From: Succinivibrio sp.
Lineage (GTDB): Bacteria > Pseudomonadota > Gammaproteobacteria > Enterobacterales > Succinivibrionaceae
Assembly (NCBI GenBank): GCA_024693025.1
Contig: JAILLS010000049.1
Location: forward strand, 16,740 to 80,739
Direction: 5' to 3'
DNA length: 64,000 nt
The notes beneath the pieces were generated by a model. It was not told the origin of the DNA, made no database searches, and saw only the letters and a list, made by a program, of their open reading frames with translations. Positions 1 through 9,847 of this stretch are shown here, one piece after another; the first letter of the stretch is position 1; each line of letters starts with the position of its first letter. A program made the position numbers and the translations under genes.

Positions 1-446
1 AGCGTCTGCATCTTATCAAGGTTGAAGATAAGGAAGAGCGCAAGCTGATAGGACATCAGTTCCAGTTTTTCGATATCGGCTCCACCAAGGTCAAGCAATT
101 TGGCTTTACCTGTTGGCTCGACGCCCAGCGTAAACTCTGCTGCTGCGGAGATGAACCCTACAATGTCTGTGAGGAGAGTTATGCCAGAGACTGTGAGTGG
201 CTGCTGCATGAGGCTTTCTGTCTGCATGAAGATGCGGGAATCTTCCATCCCTATGAAAAACACCACTCCACCGTCAAGGATGCCGCAGAGCTTGCGGCAC
301 AGCTTAAGGTCAGAAACCTGCTGCTCTATCATACCGAAGACAGTAACCTTGCCGAGCGCAAGCGCCGCTATACCGAGGAAGCGGCTCGCTACTTCTCAGG
401 CAAGATCTATGTGCCTAATGATCTTGAAAGTATTCAGCTAGACTGA
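1..446 (+). CDS. MBL-fold metallo-hydrolase, RNase Z/BN-like (5'-truncated by the window edge)
   Basis: Not in the ORF track because it has no start in the window. Frame 3 is open from base 3 to TGA at 444-446 and reads ...CCCGDEPY...WLLHEAFC...KHHSTVKDAAELAAQLKVRNLLLYHTED...VPNDLESIQLD*, matching the RNase Z GD, HEA, HST and LxH motifs. Confidence 0.85.
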   Translation, partial: RLHLIKVEDKEERKLIGHQFQFFDIGSTKVKQFGFTCWLDAQRKLCCCGDEPYNVCEESYARDCEWLLHEAFCLHEDAGIFHPYEKHHSTVKDAAELAAQLKVRNLLLYHTEDSNLAERKRRYTEEAARYFSGKIYVPNDLESIQLD

Positions 447-457
447 AATGGCAGGCT

Positions 458-2329
458 CTAAGCCTGAGGCAGAGGTTTAACCAGCCGGACGAGCACAAAC
501 AGCAGCGCAGTCAGAAGGCTGCCAGCCAGAATTGCTCCGCAGTAGACCAGCGTGTTTTCGGAAATTGGCAGAATAAACACCCCGCCATGCGGTGCACAGA
601 TGGCACATTTGGCATACATGGACAGAGCTCCCGCCAGGGCTGAGCCCAGAATACAGGAGGTCAGCATATAGTTGCGCTGATGGGAAAGATAAGGGATCAC
701 GCCTTCGGTAATAAACAGACAGCCTTTAATCAAAGCCTGAGGTGCCTGCCTGCGCTCCTCCCTAGAAAACAGCCCGCGGCCTAACACGCCTGAGGCAATG
801 GCTGCAGCAATCGGAGGAGTCATGCCGCCTGCCATCACGGCCGCCATCACATAACTGCCTGCCCCCAGCAGAGGCAGGGTATCAGCCAGGAACAGCACTC
901 CGAAGGCATAGGCAAGCTTATTAAAAGGTCCGCCCGTGTCCACGGCCATCAGTCCGCCGATACAGCCGCCCAGCCCGATCAGCACAGGGGCATTGGCCTG
1001 CAGGACCATCGCCTCAAGACAATCATTCACAAAGCCCGCCGGCAGATTAGTCACATACTGCGCCAGAACCGTGGTGCCCAAAGCTCCGACCAGGGGGTAG
1101 ACCAGCAGCGCAAACATGGCATCATGTCCATTTAAAAACCGCTGCGCCAGGGCGGCAAAGGCATAGGCCAGACCTCCGCCGACAAATCCGTTGACTACCG
1201 CACCAATCACTCCCGCGTCGCCGATGGCAGCCATCACCCCACCGGTGAAGCCGGCCACCAGCGCCGTGCGTCCGCCGATAGAAAAGGCAATAAAGGCCGA
1301 CAGTACCGGGAAGAGCAGCGTGCCGATACTATAGCCGATGGTATCCAGAAACATGCCGATATCCGTATGCGCAAAGAGCTGGGTGCGGTTTAAGGCCGAG
1401 AGAATGCCGGCGGTTGCCGCCAAAGGCATAATATAGGTCAGACCGCTCATCAGGTGGCGATACAGGCGCATGAACAGTGAAGAATGATCAACCTGCAGCC
1501 CCGGGTTATATTCAGGGCAGCTGGGGTCGAGGGCCTGATTGATCAGCGCCTCAGGCGTCCTGATACCTGAAATCACCCCGACGCGGACAAGACGTTTGCC
1601 GATAAAGCGGTCCATATCCACAGCACGATCGGCTGCCACGATAACGCCCTCGGCATGCGCAATATCAGATGCCGTAAGGCGATTGCGATTACCTGCAGCA
1701 CCGTCAGCCTCAACCTTAATGGAAATGCCCATCTCAGCCGCCTGTTTTTCCAGAGACTCTGCCGCCATATAGGTATGCGACAGTCCGGCTGGACAGGCAG
1801 TAACCGCTACCAGACGATAATGCGGCTCCTGAGGCTGGGACTTATCTGACGGTTTCTCCTGTTTTTTCTCCAGCGAGCTTTCAGCCCCGTCGAGCATGGC
1901 AAGAAAAGCATCCACACTGCTTGCCTGGCTTAAGGAGGTTCTGAATTCTTCGTCGATAAGTAGGGATGAGAGATGCGCGAGCACATCGATATGCTCATTA
2001 GAGGCCTGATGAGGCGAGGCGATCATAAAGAGCAGATAGGCAGGCTGACCGTCTACCGACTCAAAATCAACGCCATCTTTGACCACCATAGCTGCCAGAG
2101 CAGGACGATCCACCCCTGAACTTTTGGCATGCGGAATGGCCACCCCTCCGCCAAGTCCGGTGGAGGCTTCCTTTTCACGGGCCAGCACCGCTTCTCGGAA
2201 ACATTCAGGATCATTGAGGCAGTCGGTTTTAGCCAGGAGCTCGACCAGATGCTCAATCGCCTCTGACTTGCTTGCAGGACAGAAAGACAGGTCTATGGCC
2301 TTAGGGCTTAATAAATCTCGAATGCGCAT
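458..2329 (-). CDS. fruA: PTS fructose-family EIIABC fusion
   Basis: EIIA (REKEASTGLGGGVAIPHAK), EIIB (VAVTACPAGLSHTYMAAE), and a hydrophobic EIIC with DTGGPFNK, GGMTPP and FITEG...P motifs. Confidence 0.88.
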   Translation of the reverse strand: MRIRDLLSPKAIDLSFCPASKSEAIEHLVELLAKTDCLNDPECFREAVLAREKEASTGLGGGVAIPHAKSSGVDRPALAAMVVKDGVDFESVDGQPAYLLFMIASPHQASNEHIDVLAHLSSLLIDEEFRTSLSQASSVDAFLAMLDGAESSLEKKQEKPSDKSQPQEPHYRLVAVTACPAGLSHTYMAAESLEKQAAEMGISIKVEADGAAGNRNRLTASDIAHAEGVIVAADRAVDMDRFIGKRLVRVGVISGIRTPEALINQALDPSCPEYNPGLQVDHSSLFMRLYRHLMSGLTYIMPLAATAGILSALNRTQLFAHTDIGMFLDTIGYSIGTLLFPVLSAFIAFSIGGRTALVAGFTGGVMAAIGDAGVIGAVVNGFVGGGLAYAFAALAQRFLNGHDAMFALLVYPLVGALGTTVLAQYVTNLPAGFVNDCLEAMVLQANAPVLIGLGGCIGGLMAVDTGGPFNKLAYAFGVLFLADTLPLLGAGSYVMAAVMAGGMTPPIAAAIASGVLGRGLFSREERRQAPQALIKGCLFITEGVIPYLSHQRNYMLTSCILGSALAGALSMYAKCAICAPHGGVFILPISENTLVYCGAILAGSLLTALLFVLVRLVKPLPQA

Positions 2330-2472
2330 CTTGCTCAGCTAGCTCTCCACTCTGACCAACTTTGTCAGTCTTAAACCTAGCTAAAGCGGATCACGCTCAG
2401 TCCATGCGTCAGTGCCAGGTTGTGCTGTTATCTAAATCCTTAATTATGGCATATTTTAAGCTCTTATGCATC

Positions 2473-3369
2473 TTAAACATGGTCATCATGAGGATCCATA
2501 TGGATCGTAATATCCCCTCCGGGAGCGAGCGCCTCAAGACGCTCCTTGACATGGTTGGCCACAGTATGCGCCTCATTTAAGGAGATCTGCCCGTCCATCA
2601 CCACATCGCACTGGATAAAGATCTGCGGACCTGCCTGTCTGGTTTTAAGCCCATGCAGAGACTGCACCCCCGGCACCTTGAGGATCTCCTCCATGATGAT
2701 GCCGGTATCCTTAGCGGACAGCGACTTATCGAGCAGCACATCCATGGCTTTAGAGCCGATGGACACCGCGCCCTTGACAATCAGCAGACCTATCAGCACC
2801 GAAAACAGCCCGTCCGCCCACAGATATCCATACTGACTGAGCAGCAAAGCCACAATCACGCCAAGATTCAGCCAGACATCGGACAGGTAGTGAAAACGAT
2901 CCGCACCCACCGCTTCGCTCCGGGTCTTTTTATAGACATAGCCCTGAAAGAGCACCAGCATCACGGTCACCACAATACTCAGCACACTGACCCCCAGGGC
3001 CAGCTCATAATGCTGCACCTGCATCGGTGTAGAAATACGCTCTGCGCCATGGGCAATCAGCAGACAGCCTGACGCTGCAATAAACGCGCCCTGAGCCAGG
3101 GACGCTAAAGACTGGGCCTTATAGTGTCCATAGGGATGCTGCTGATCGGCAGGCTTAATGGAATAGCGGATGGCTATCAGATTGATAATCGATGCTACCG
3201 AATCGATCATCGAGTCCGTCATCGAGGCAAAGATACTTGAGGATGAACTTAAAATCCACACCACAAATTTGGCCAGAATAAAGGCGCAGGCGGTACTTAC
3301 CGAAGCAATTCCGGCCAAGGTGACTAAACGACTGTAATCCTGTACCCCTGTCTTAGCATCCATCTGCAA
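2473..3369 (-). CDS. fieF: Cation diffusion facilitator (FieF/YiiP-like)
   Basis: DSMID, KPADQQHPYGHYKA, DRFHYLSD and C-terminal ITIHMDP CDF motifs; about 6 TM segments. Confidence 0.9.
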   Translation of the reverse strand: MQMDAKTGVQDYSRLVTLAGIASVSTACAFILAKFVVWILSSSSSIFASMTDSMIDSVASIINLIAIRYSIKPADQQHPYGHYKAQSLASLAQGAFIAASGCLLIAHGAERISTPMQVQHYELALGVSVLSIVVTVMLVLFQGYVYKKTRSEAVGADRFHYLSDVWLNLGVIVALLLSQYGYLWADGLFSVLIGLLIVKGAVSIGSKAMDVLLDKSLSAKDTGIIMEEILKVPGVQSLHGLKTRQAGPQIFIQCDVVMDGQISLNEAHTVANHVKERLEALAPGGDITIHMDPHDDHV

Positions 3370-3545
3370 TCGTCCTTAGACCTGATGCCATCTTGCTACC
3401 AAGTCCTGATGTTAAAGAATGTGTCCTACTCTGCACTTTTTACAAATTATGTGGCTTAGTGAGGAAAAATCTCAACTAATCCCTTAAAGCCTGAGAATAA
3501 CAAAATATAATTAAATTATGAGTCTAATTTCGTGTCTTTGAGGAT

Positions 3546-6068
3546 GTGCCTATGTTTTTAAGATCCTTACTGCGCCTGATCTTCTATTGGCCTATTCGCA
3601 TCACGGCTAAATGCGAATCCATCCCGCTTGACCCTTTGCGCTTTATCGATAAATCCAAGCCTATCTGTTATCTGACGGTCTCCTCGAGCATAGCTAATCT
3701 TCTGACCATCGAACGTCTCACCGACAGGCTGGGTCTGCCTTCGCCCTTTGAACCTCTTGTCATCAACGGCAAAGAGGTTAAACGCTTAGGTTATATCAGA
3801 AAACCGCATTTTTTCAACTCAAAAGCCAGCTATGCTGATATTTTACCAATCTTCAACTCCTGGTTTAAAGCCATTGAAGACAGTGATCATGATCTGCAGA
3901 TTATTCCTGTAACGGTACTCTGGAGCCGCAATCCCAGCTATGAAGGGCAGGCTCTGCGCGGAGTAACCAGATCTACCCCGGGATGGAGAAAATTTCTCAC
4001 TGTCACCTTTTCAGGGCACAATAATGCCACGATTGTCTCCACGCCGGTCAATCTGACTTTTTTAAAACAGCGGCTGGGAGAGACCAAATATCCTGACAAA
4101 CAGGAGCTCCTGCGCAGACTGGTCGAACAGTTTTTCCTCAAGGTTGCCCGTTCGATTGTCGGCAATCCTTTCCCCAACCGTCCGAAGCTCATTGAGGATC
4201 TGCTGGCCCGCCCGGCGGTGCTGGCAGCGATTGACAAGAAACATGCCGAGGATGGTACACCTAAAGAGGAACTTACCGAGCGCGCCCGCGCCATCTATGA
4301 GGTGATGGTCGCCGATACCCGCTACCCGCTGCTCAATTTCTTCAATCACCTGCTCAACTGCCTGTGGAAAAGATTCTATCAGGGCCAGACTGTCATCGGC
4401 GGTGATCGGGTACGCCAGCTGGTCAGCAATGGCTATGAGATCATCTATATTCCCTGCCACCGCAGCCATATGGACTATGTCCTGCTCTCCTATGTCATCT
4501 TCCATGAGGGCCTGCCTATACCACAGATCGCCTCTGGAGATAATCTCAACTTCTTCCCGGTCGGCAATCTGATCCGCCGCTGCGGCTCCTATTTTATCCG
4601 GCGCAAGATGAAGGGCGACAATTTCTATATCGCGCTGTTCAGCGAATATCTGAGCATTCTCTTTGAACGCGGCTATGCCACTGAATTCTTCATCGAAGGC
4701 GGCCGCTCGAGAACCGGACGTACCCTGCCGCCCAAGTCAGGCATGGTGGCCATGGCCGTAGAATCTCAGCTGCGCGGACTCGAACGTCCGATTGCCTTTA
4801 TTCCGACCTATCTTGGCTATGAACACGTCTCTGAAGTTAAAAACTACATGCAGGAGCTGGATGGACAGGCCAAGCAGAAGGAAAGCGCTCTGCAGCTTTT
4901 GGGCATCTTCAAGCGCCTGAGGTTCTATGGCCGCGGTTATGTCTCCTTCGGTCAGCCGGTGATCATCTCACGCTACCTCAACGAAAACGTGCCCAACTGG
5001 CGCAGCTTTATTGATCCTTCAGGCACCGCCCGGGCCCCTGAGTGGCTCAGAAGCACGGTCAACAATATTGCCCGTCAGATCATCGTCAATCTCAATGACG
5101 CCGCCACGCTCAACGGCATCAATCTCTGTGCGCTGGCCATCATCTCGGATAAGGACCATATGATGACGCGGCGCATGCTCAATGACTGCATCAATCTCTA
5201 TATCAAGCTGCTGAAGGTGGTTGGACGCAAGCATCTGCCGCAGGATGACAGTCTCACCCTGATTGCGCAGGCCCTGCAGCTCAACAAATTCCGTATTTAC
5301 GATGTGGGGGATGATATCAAGGTTGTCAGACCAAGTCATGGTCAGACTCTACAGCTGACCTATTTCCAGAATAACATCGTGCACCTGTTTGCCCTGCCTG
5401 CCCTGATCGCCAATATTATTATCAGCAATGGCCATATATCCAGAGATGACATCCGGACTCATACGCGCTCGCTGTTTTATTTCCTCAGACATGAGCTGTA
5501 TGCCCCGGCAACGGAGGCACAGCTTGACTCCTTCATCGAGAAATATATCAATGCCTTTATCGAGGAAGGCTTCTGTACGGTCAGCCATGACATGATCTAT
5601 CTCTCAGGTGATCGCTACGAGATCTTCGATGTGCTGGCCAGAAGCATCAGACTCAATCTGATCCGCTATCTCGTGGCCGTCACCGCCCTTAAACATACCC
5701 GCGATGATCAGCTCGATGTGCCGGCCTTTATTCAAAAGTGCATTACCTATGCACGCAGACTTCCAACCGAGGTCACAGATAATTCACCAGAATTTGCCGA
5801 TCCGATCTTATTCAAAATTATGTGTGATACATTTATAAGACATAAGTATTTTTCAGTGAATGAAGATAAAACTATTCATATTTATCCTGAAAAAGTGGCA
5901 AAATTAGCAAACGCAGCTGAACCTTTGTTAGGTGCAAGGGAAGTCAGAATTCTAAACGGCAACACCGAATACGATTCCGACAACTTTGCCTCTAAGTACA
6001 AAGCAGAATCTGCAGCAATTGAGAAGCAGTTATCCAAACTTGCAGAAGAAACAGGGAATCAAGCGTAA
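3546..6068 (+). CDS. plsB: Glycerol-3-phosphate 1-O-acyltransferase
   Basis: PCHRSHMDY (HxxxxD), FIRR and FFIEGGRSRTGR acyltransferase blocks; 840 aa. The start may be the ATG at 3552. Confidence 0.95.
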   Translation: MPMFLRSLLRLIFYWPIRITAKCESIPLDPLRFIDKSKPICYLTVSSSIANLLTIERLTDRLGLPSPFEPLVINGKEVKRLGYIRKPHFFNSKASYADILPIFNSWFKAIEDSDHDLQIIPVTVLWSRNPSYEGQALRGVTRSTPGWRKFLTVTFSGHNNATIVSTPVNLTFLKQRLGETKYPDKQELLRRLVEQFFLKVARSIVGNPFPNRPKLIEDLLARPAVLAAIDKKHAEDGTPKEELTERARAIYEVMVADTRYPLLNFFNHLLNCLWKRFYQGQTVIGGDRVRQLVSNGYEIIYIPCHRSHMDYVLLSYVIFHEGLPIPQIASGDNLNFFPVGNLIRRCGSYFIRRKMKGDNFYIALFSEYLSILFERGYATEFFIEGGRSRTGRTLPPKSGMVAMAVESQLRGLERPIAFIPTYLGYEHVSEVKNYMQELDGQAKQKESALQLLGIFKRLRFYGRGYVSFGQPVIISRYLNENVPNWRSFIDPSGTARAPEWLRSTVNNIARQIIVNLNDAATLNGINLCALAIISDKDHMMTRRMLNDCINLYIKLLKVVGRKHLPQDDSLTLIAQALQLNKFRIYDVGDDIKVVRPSHGQTLQLTYFQNNIVHLFALPALIANIIISNGHISRDDIRTHTRSLFYFLRHELYAPATEAQLDSFIEKYINAFIEEGFCTVSHDMIYLSGDRYEIFDVLARSIRLNLIRYLVAVTALKHTRDDQLDVPAFIQKCITYARRLPTEVTDNSPEFADPILFKIMCDTFIRHKYFSVNEDKTIHIYPEKVAKLANAAEPLLGAREVRILNGNTEYDSDNFASKYKAESAAIEKQLSKLAEETGNQA

Positions 6069-6070
6069 CC

Positions 6071-6523
6071 ATGTTTAATTTATTGAAAATTTTCGGCTTA
6101 GTCTTTTTACTGTGGGGAGCTCAGGCTCCAATGGTCTATGCTTCAGGGCATGGCGAACCTGAGGAACCGGCGGCAGAGGAAGAAGAAGCTGCGCCAGAGA
6201 TCAGCTACTACAATATCACCCCGGACTTTACGACCAATGTGGCTACCATGTCGGCTAAAGAGCGTCCGCATTACATTCGCGTCAAGGTCAGTCTGATGCT
6301 CGGTGACGGCAATGACACCTCCCTCATCGCTGAGATGGAGCCGGTGATCAAGGATACCATTGTCACAGTGCTTGGATCTAAGGAATACTCCTTCGTCTCC
6401 GGCACCAACGGTCGTGAAAAGCTCAGAGCAGAATGCCGCGACAAGCTCGTGAGCATCATGCAGGAAAAAGTTGGTCGTCAGGTGATTGATGATGTGCTGT
6501 TTTTAAGCTTTATGGCCCAGTAG
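6071..6523 (+). CDS. fliL: FliL-family flagellar basal body-associated protein
   Basis: N-terminal hydrophobic segment, then YYNITPDFTTN, HYIRVKVSL, GREKLR and DVLFLSF, typical of stand-alone FliL. Confidence 0.8.
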   Translation: MFNLLKIFGLVFLLWGAQAPMVYASGHGEPEEPAAEEEEAAPEISYYNITPDFTTNVATMSAKERPHYIRVKVSLMLGDGNDTSLIAEMEPVIKDTIVTVLGSKEYSFVSGTNGREKLRAECRDKLVSIMQEKVGRQVIDDVLFLSFMAQ

Positions 6524-6547
6524 CCGCAGGCTGACTCCGTCAGGCAG

Positions 6548-6573
6548 AATACCGTTAGAGATCTAACGGTATT
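6548..6573. terminator. Hairpin between convergent fliL and glpG
   Basis: AATACCGTTAGA-GA-TCTAACGGTATT, a perfect 12-bp inverted repeat. Confidence 0.7.
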
Positions 6574-6579
6574 TGTGTC

Positions 6580-7443
6580 TTAACTGAACTTAAGCTTCCT
6601 GCTGTCCACATACCCCCAGGCAAGTCCCATCAGCAGACCTGCCAGATGGCAGAAATTGGCGATCCCGCTGAACAGAAAACCTAAAGCTATAAAGATAATA
6701 CTGACCGTCAGCAGTCCTTTAGGCATCCGCAAAGGCTCAGGCAGATCGCTTCTCCTGCTGAGCAGGGCCACATAGCCAATCAGGCCATAGACCACACCCG
6801 ACATGCCGCCAAAAACACTATGTCCTTCAATAAACATGTACTGCAGCACATTCGAGAGCAGCGCAATGCTGATAAACAGTGAAAACAGCTTGGCGCTACC
6901 AAGGTAGTTCTCCACAGGCCGCGCAAAGGCCTCCCACATTACCAGATTAAAGGCAATATGGACCAGGCCAAAGTGCATAAAGACCGGAGTGAGCAGCCGA
7001 TAATAGTCAAAAGGCGAGTCAAGCGCAATGTCATGGCTTAACGCCAGGGCCCCGATGGCCGTGCCCTTATCCAGAAACATCCAGGCAAAGACCACCACGC
7101 AGATAATTTCCAGAACTGAGGTCAGCGCCAGAGGATTCCAGCGCAGCAGACTTAAACTGCGCGCCCTGACCTCATGGCGTGGTTTCTCGGTATGGGCCCG
7201 GTTCCAGGAGGCCTGCACATACTTAGGCGAGTAGGGGCTGTCGATATAGCCCACCAGCTCCTGCTTGGCCTTGGCAACATCATCCTGCCAGGCCACGCAT
7301 ACCACATAGTGCCCGTCCGCACGGCGCACGGCCTGGGACTTAATCCTGATGGAATTTAGGTAGTCGACAAAGGCCAGAGCCTTCTCATAAGGGAGAATGG
7401 CAACCTCATAGGGATATTCTTCGACTATTTTGAATTCAGCCAC
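6580..7443 (-). CDS. glpG: Rhomboid intramembrane serine protease GlpG
   Basis: N-terminal cytoplasmic domain (ALAFVDYL), [11 protein letters not shown]...HIAFN, catalytic GMSG and NFCHLAG. Overlaps hldD by 19 nt. Confidence 0.9.
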   Translation of the reverse strand: MAEFKIVEEYPYEVAILPYEKALAFVDYLNSIRIKSQAVRRADGHYVVCVAWQDDVAKAKQELVGYIDSPYSPKYVQASWNRAHTEKPRHEVRARSLSLLRWNPLALTSVLEIICVVVFAWMFLDKGTAIGALALSHDIALDSPFDYYRLLTPVFMHFGLVHIAFNLVMWEAFARPVENYLGSAKLFSLFISIALLSNVLQYMFIEGHSVFGGMSGVVYGLIGYVALLSRRSDLPEPLRMPKGLLTVSIIFIALGFLFSGIANFCHLAGLLMGLAWGYVDSRKLKFS

Positions 7444-8387
7444 TGCATATACTCCATCACCCCTTCGGAGACTGACTTGAATTCCACATCACAGCCTGCC
7501 TGTCTTAACTTGGTCAGATCAGCCTGGGTAAAGCACTGATAGTGACCAACCAGGTGCTCTGGGAAAGGCACAAATTCCACTTCGCCATGACCATGATATT
7601 TAATCACGGCTTTGGCGATATTCAGGAAAGGTTCAGCTCTGCCGGTGCCGCAGTTATAAATGCCGCTCTTGCCCTTGTGCTCTAGGAACCAGAGATTGAC
7701 CCTGGCGACATCACCTACATAGACAAAGTCGCGCATCTGGCCGCCATCGCCATAGCCGTTGCAGCCCTGGAACAGTTTCGGATTCTCGCCGCGCAGCATC
7801 TGATTGTTCAGATGGAAGGCCACACTGGCCATGGTGCCCTTGTGATTCTCCCGCGGACCATAGACATTGAAGTAACGGAACCCGACCACCTGAGATTTAA
7901 GTCTTGGCAGTCTGCGTCTGACATATTCATCAAAGAGGAACTTGGAATAACCATAGACATTGAGCGGACCTTCATGCTCTCTGCCCTCGACAAAGACCTC
8001 ACCGCCTCCATAGGTGGCAGCGGAGGAGGCATAGAAGAACGGAATGCGATGCGCAGTGGCAAATTCAAATAAATCCACCGTATATTCATAGTTGTTCTTC
8101 ATCACATACTGACCGTCCCACTCTGTGGTAGAGGAGCAGGCACCTTCGTGAAAGATTGCCTCAATATTGGCACAGCCGAATTTTGCTTCAAAGCGCTTTT
8201 CATCATGCACAAGCTCCAGAAAGTCGCCCTTGTCAAGATAATCGGCAATATCGAGATCCACCAGATTGGTAAATTTATGTCCATCTTTAAGATGATCGAC
8301 CACCAGAATGTCCTTGATCCCTTTATCATTGAGCGCCTTGACAATATTTGAGCCGATCATGCCGGCGCCGCCAGTCACAATAATCAT
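7425..8387 (-). CDS. hldD: ADP-L-glycero-D-manno-heptose 6-epimerase
   Basis: [53 protein letters not shown]. Confidence 0.97.
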   Translation of the reverse strand: MIIVTGGAGMIGSNIVKALNDKGIKDILVVDHLKDGHKFTNLVDLDIADYLDKGDFLELVHDEKRFEAKFGCANIEAIFHEGACSSTTEWDGQYVMKNNYEYTVDLFEFATAHRIPFFYASSAATYGGGEVFVEGREHEGPLNVYGYSKFLFDEYVRRRLPRLKSQVVGFRYFNVYGPRENHKGTMASVAFHLNNQMLRGENPKLFQGCNGYGDGGQMRDFVYVGDVARVNLWFLEHKGKSGIYNCGTGRAEPFLNIAKAVIKYHGHGEVEFVPFPEHLVGHYQCFTQADLTKLRQAGCDVEFKSVSEGVMEYMQWLNSK

Positions 8388-8439
8388 AACAACCTCTCCT
8401 AAAAAATTTGCTGTCTATTCAGACTTAAGCCAGGCTGCA

Positions 8440-9762
8440 CTAATGCCCCCGCATCTGCATAAAAGTATCGAGGGCATTGAGCTCAGCTTTAAAATTAACC
8501 GTATCATTATCAAGCAGGAACTTGCATTCATCCACAAAGGCCTCTTCAAGTCTGCCCAGCACCACTGCAGCCTGCTTGAGTGCCTCATTGAGGGTCTCGG
8601 ACTCAACCCCGCGGGTCTTTAGGCGAATATACTCCTCCACAATCCCCTGTGTGGCTTTAAGATAACGTTTTAAAAAACTTTCACCAGGTCCCCGATCCCG
8701 CTCGTCTTCACGCATCAGCTTGAGCATGTCTGCAGTAGCCTGCGCGATATGTTCAAGCTTCTGTCCCATTTCGTAAGGCAGCGAAGCTTTGTAGTTGAGC
8801 AGCTCCCGTGCCTGATTGTCATAGACCGTAAATTCATCCTGAATCTGATCCTCAGGCTTAAGCTTGCCAAGTTCCAGATCAAGATGACGGTTCAGCTCCA
8901 CGAGCTTCTCACGGGCAGTTTCAAAGGCCAGATCAAGCTTACCATGCCCGCTCTGACGCTGCAGAAAGGCAAAGCTCTGCGGCACCTCAAGGCCATGACA
9001 GGAACGCTCCAGCGCATCAAGCTCTACCCCAAGATTGCCGATGCGCTTAAGATTCTCATCCTCAGAGTTGAGTTTGCTTGACTGCAGCTGCAGATAAGTC
9101 TGGGCACGATCCTTTAAGGCCAGCACCTCGGTCTTAAGCTCGGCCTTGAATACCGAGGAATGCCCCAGCTCATCAAGACGCTTTAACAGCTGTTCGAGTC
9201 TGCCCCGCTTGAGCTTGCGTGCTCTCAGCTTTGAGAACAGCCTGCGCACCGGCTGCACGGCCAGTGCCACCAGCGGCACCGTGACAAGCCCCCACCAGTT
9301 GAAGGAGCTGTCAAAGAAGTATTCTGACCAGCACAATACGGCAATGAGCAGAAAAGGCAGCACCGCATATTCAAAACCGAAATTCTTGCGATAGCAGATA
9401 TAGCGCTGCAGATAGGTCTGCAGTCCTCCCACAAACAGGGCGATGCTGAAGGGCATGCCGCAGCACAGGGCGATAATGCTCTGCCCTACTCCTGAGGCAA
9501 TCGGCAGGCTGTAGTCAGGGTCCTCCACCCCGTTGCGCGGTCTTGGCACCAGACAGATGATGGCCAGATAGGAGGAAATAAACAGTGTCCAGGTTCCCGG
9601 GGGCAGGGCTGCATTATGCACATTGACAATCACTCCTGCTCCGATAAAGGCACAGAAATGCACAAACACGCGGCGCATAAAGGTTTTCAGAAATCCCCAG
9701 GCTTTATCCGCGCCTGATGCACCCGCAGGTGCTGATCCATTTGAGGTGGGCTGACCGGTCAT
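8440..9762 (-). CDS. XpaC-family (5-bromo-4-chloroindolyl phosphate hydrolysis) protein with a multi-pass N-terminal membrane region
   Basis: C-terminal FLKRYLKAT...YIRL...LEEAF...LLDNDTVNFKAELNAL resembles the XpaC domain. Several hydrophobic segments in the first ~170 aa. Adjacent to the telA-family gene, its usual partner. Confidence 0.75.
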   Translation of the reverse strand: MTGQPTSNGSAPAGASGADKAWGFLKTFMRRVFVHFCAFIGAGVIVNVHNAALPPGTWTLFISSYLAIICLVPRPRNGVEDPDYSLPIASGVGQSIIALCCGMPFSIALFVGGLQTYLQRYICYRKNFGFEYAVLPFLLIAVLCWSEYFFDSSFNWWGLVTVPLVALAVQPVRRLFSKLRARKLKRGRLEQLLKRLDELGHSSVFKAELKTEVLALKDRAQTYLQLQSSKLNSEDENLKRIGNLGVELDALERSCHGLEVPQSFAFLQRQSGHGKLDLAFETAREKLVELNRHLDLELGKLKPEDQIQDEFTVYDNQARELLNYKASLPYEMGQKLEHIAQATADMLKLMREDERDRGPGESFLKRYLKATQGIVEEYIRLKTRGVESETLNEALKQAAVVLGRLEEAFVDECKFLLDNDTVNFKAELNALDTFMQMRGH

Positions 9763-9847
9763 TAACTCATAACGCCTTCTGCCTTACGGGCAAAAGGCGC
9801 CTCCTGTTGCAGTAAAAGATGGCGAGATAGCAAGAAACCATCTCAGA

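Noticed and set aside
100-441. 113-aa ORF from the track
   Set aside because: Wrong frame; frame 3 (3-446) carries clear RNase Z-like motifs.
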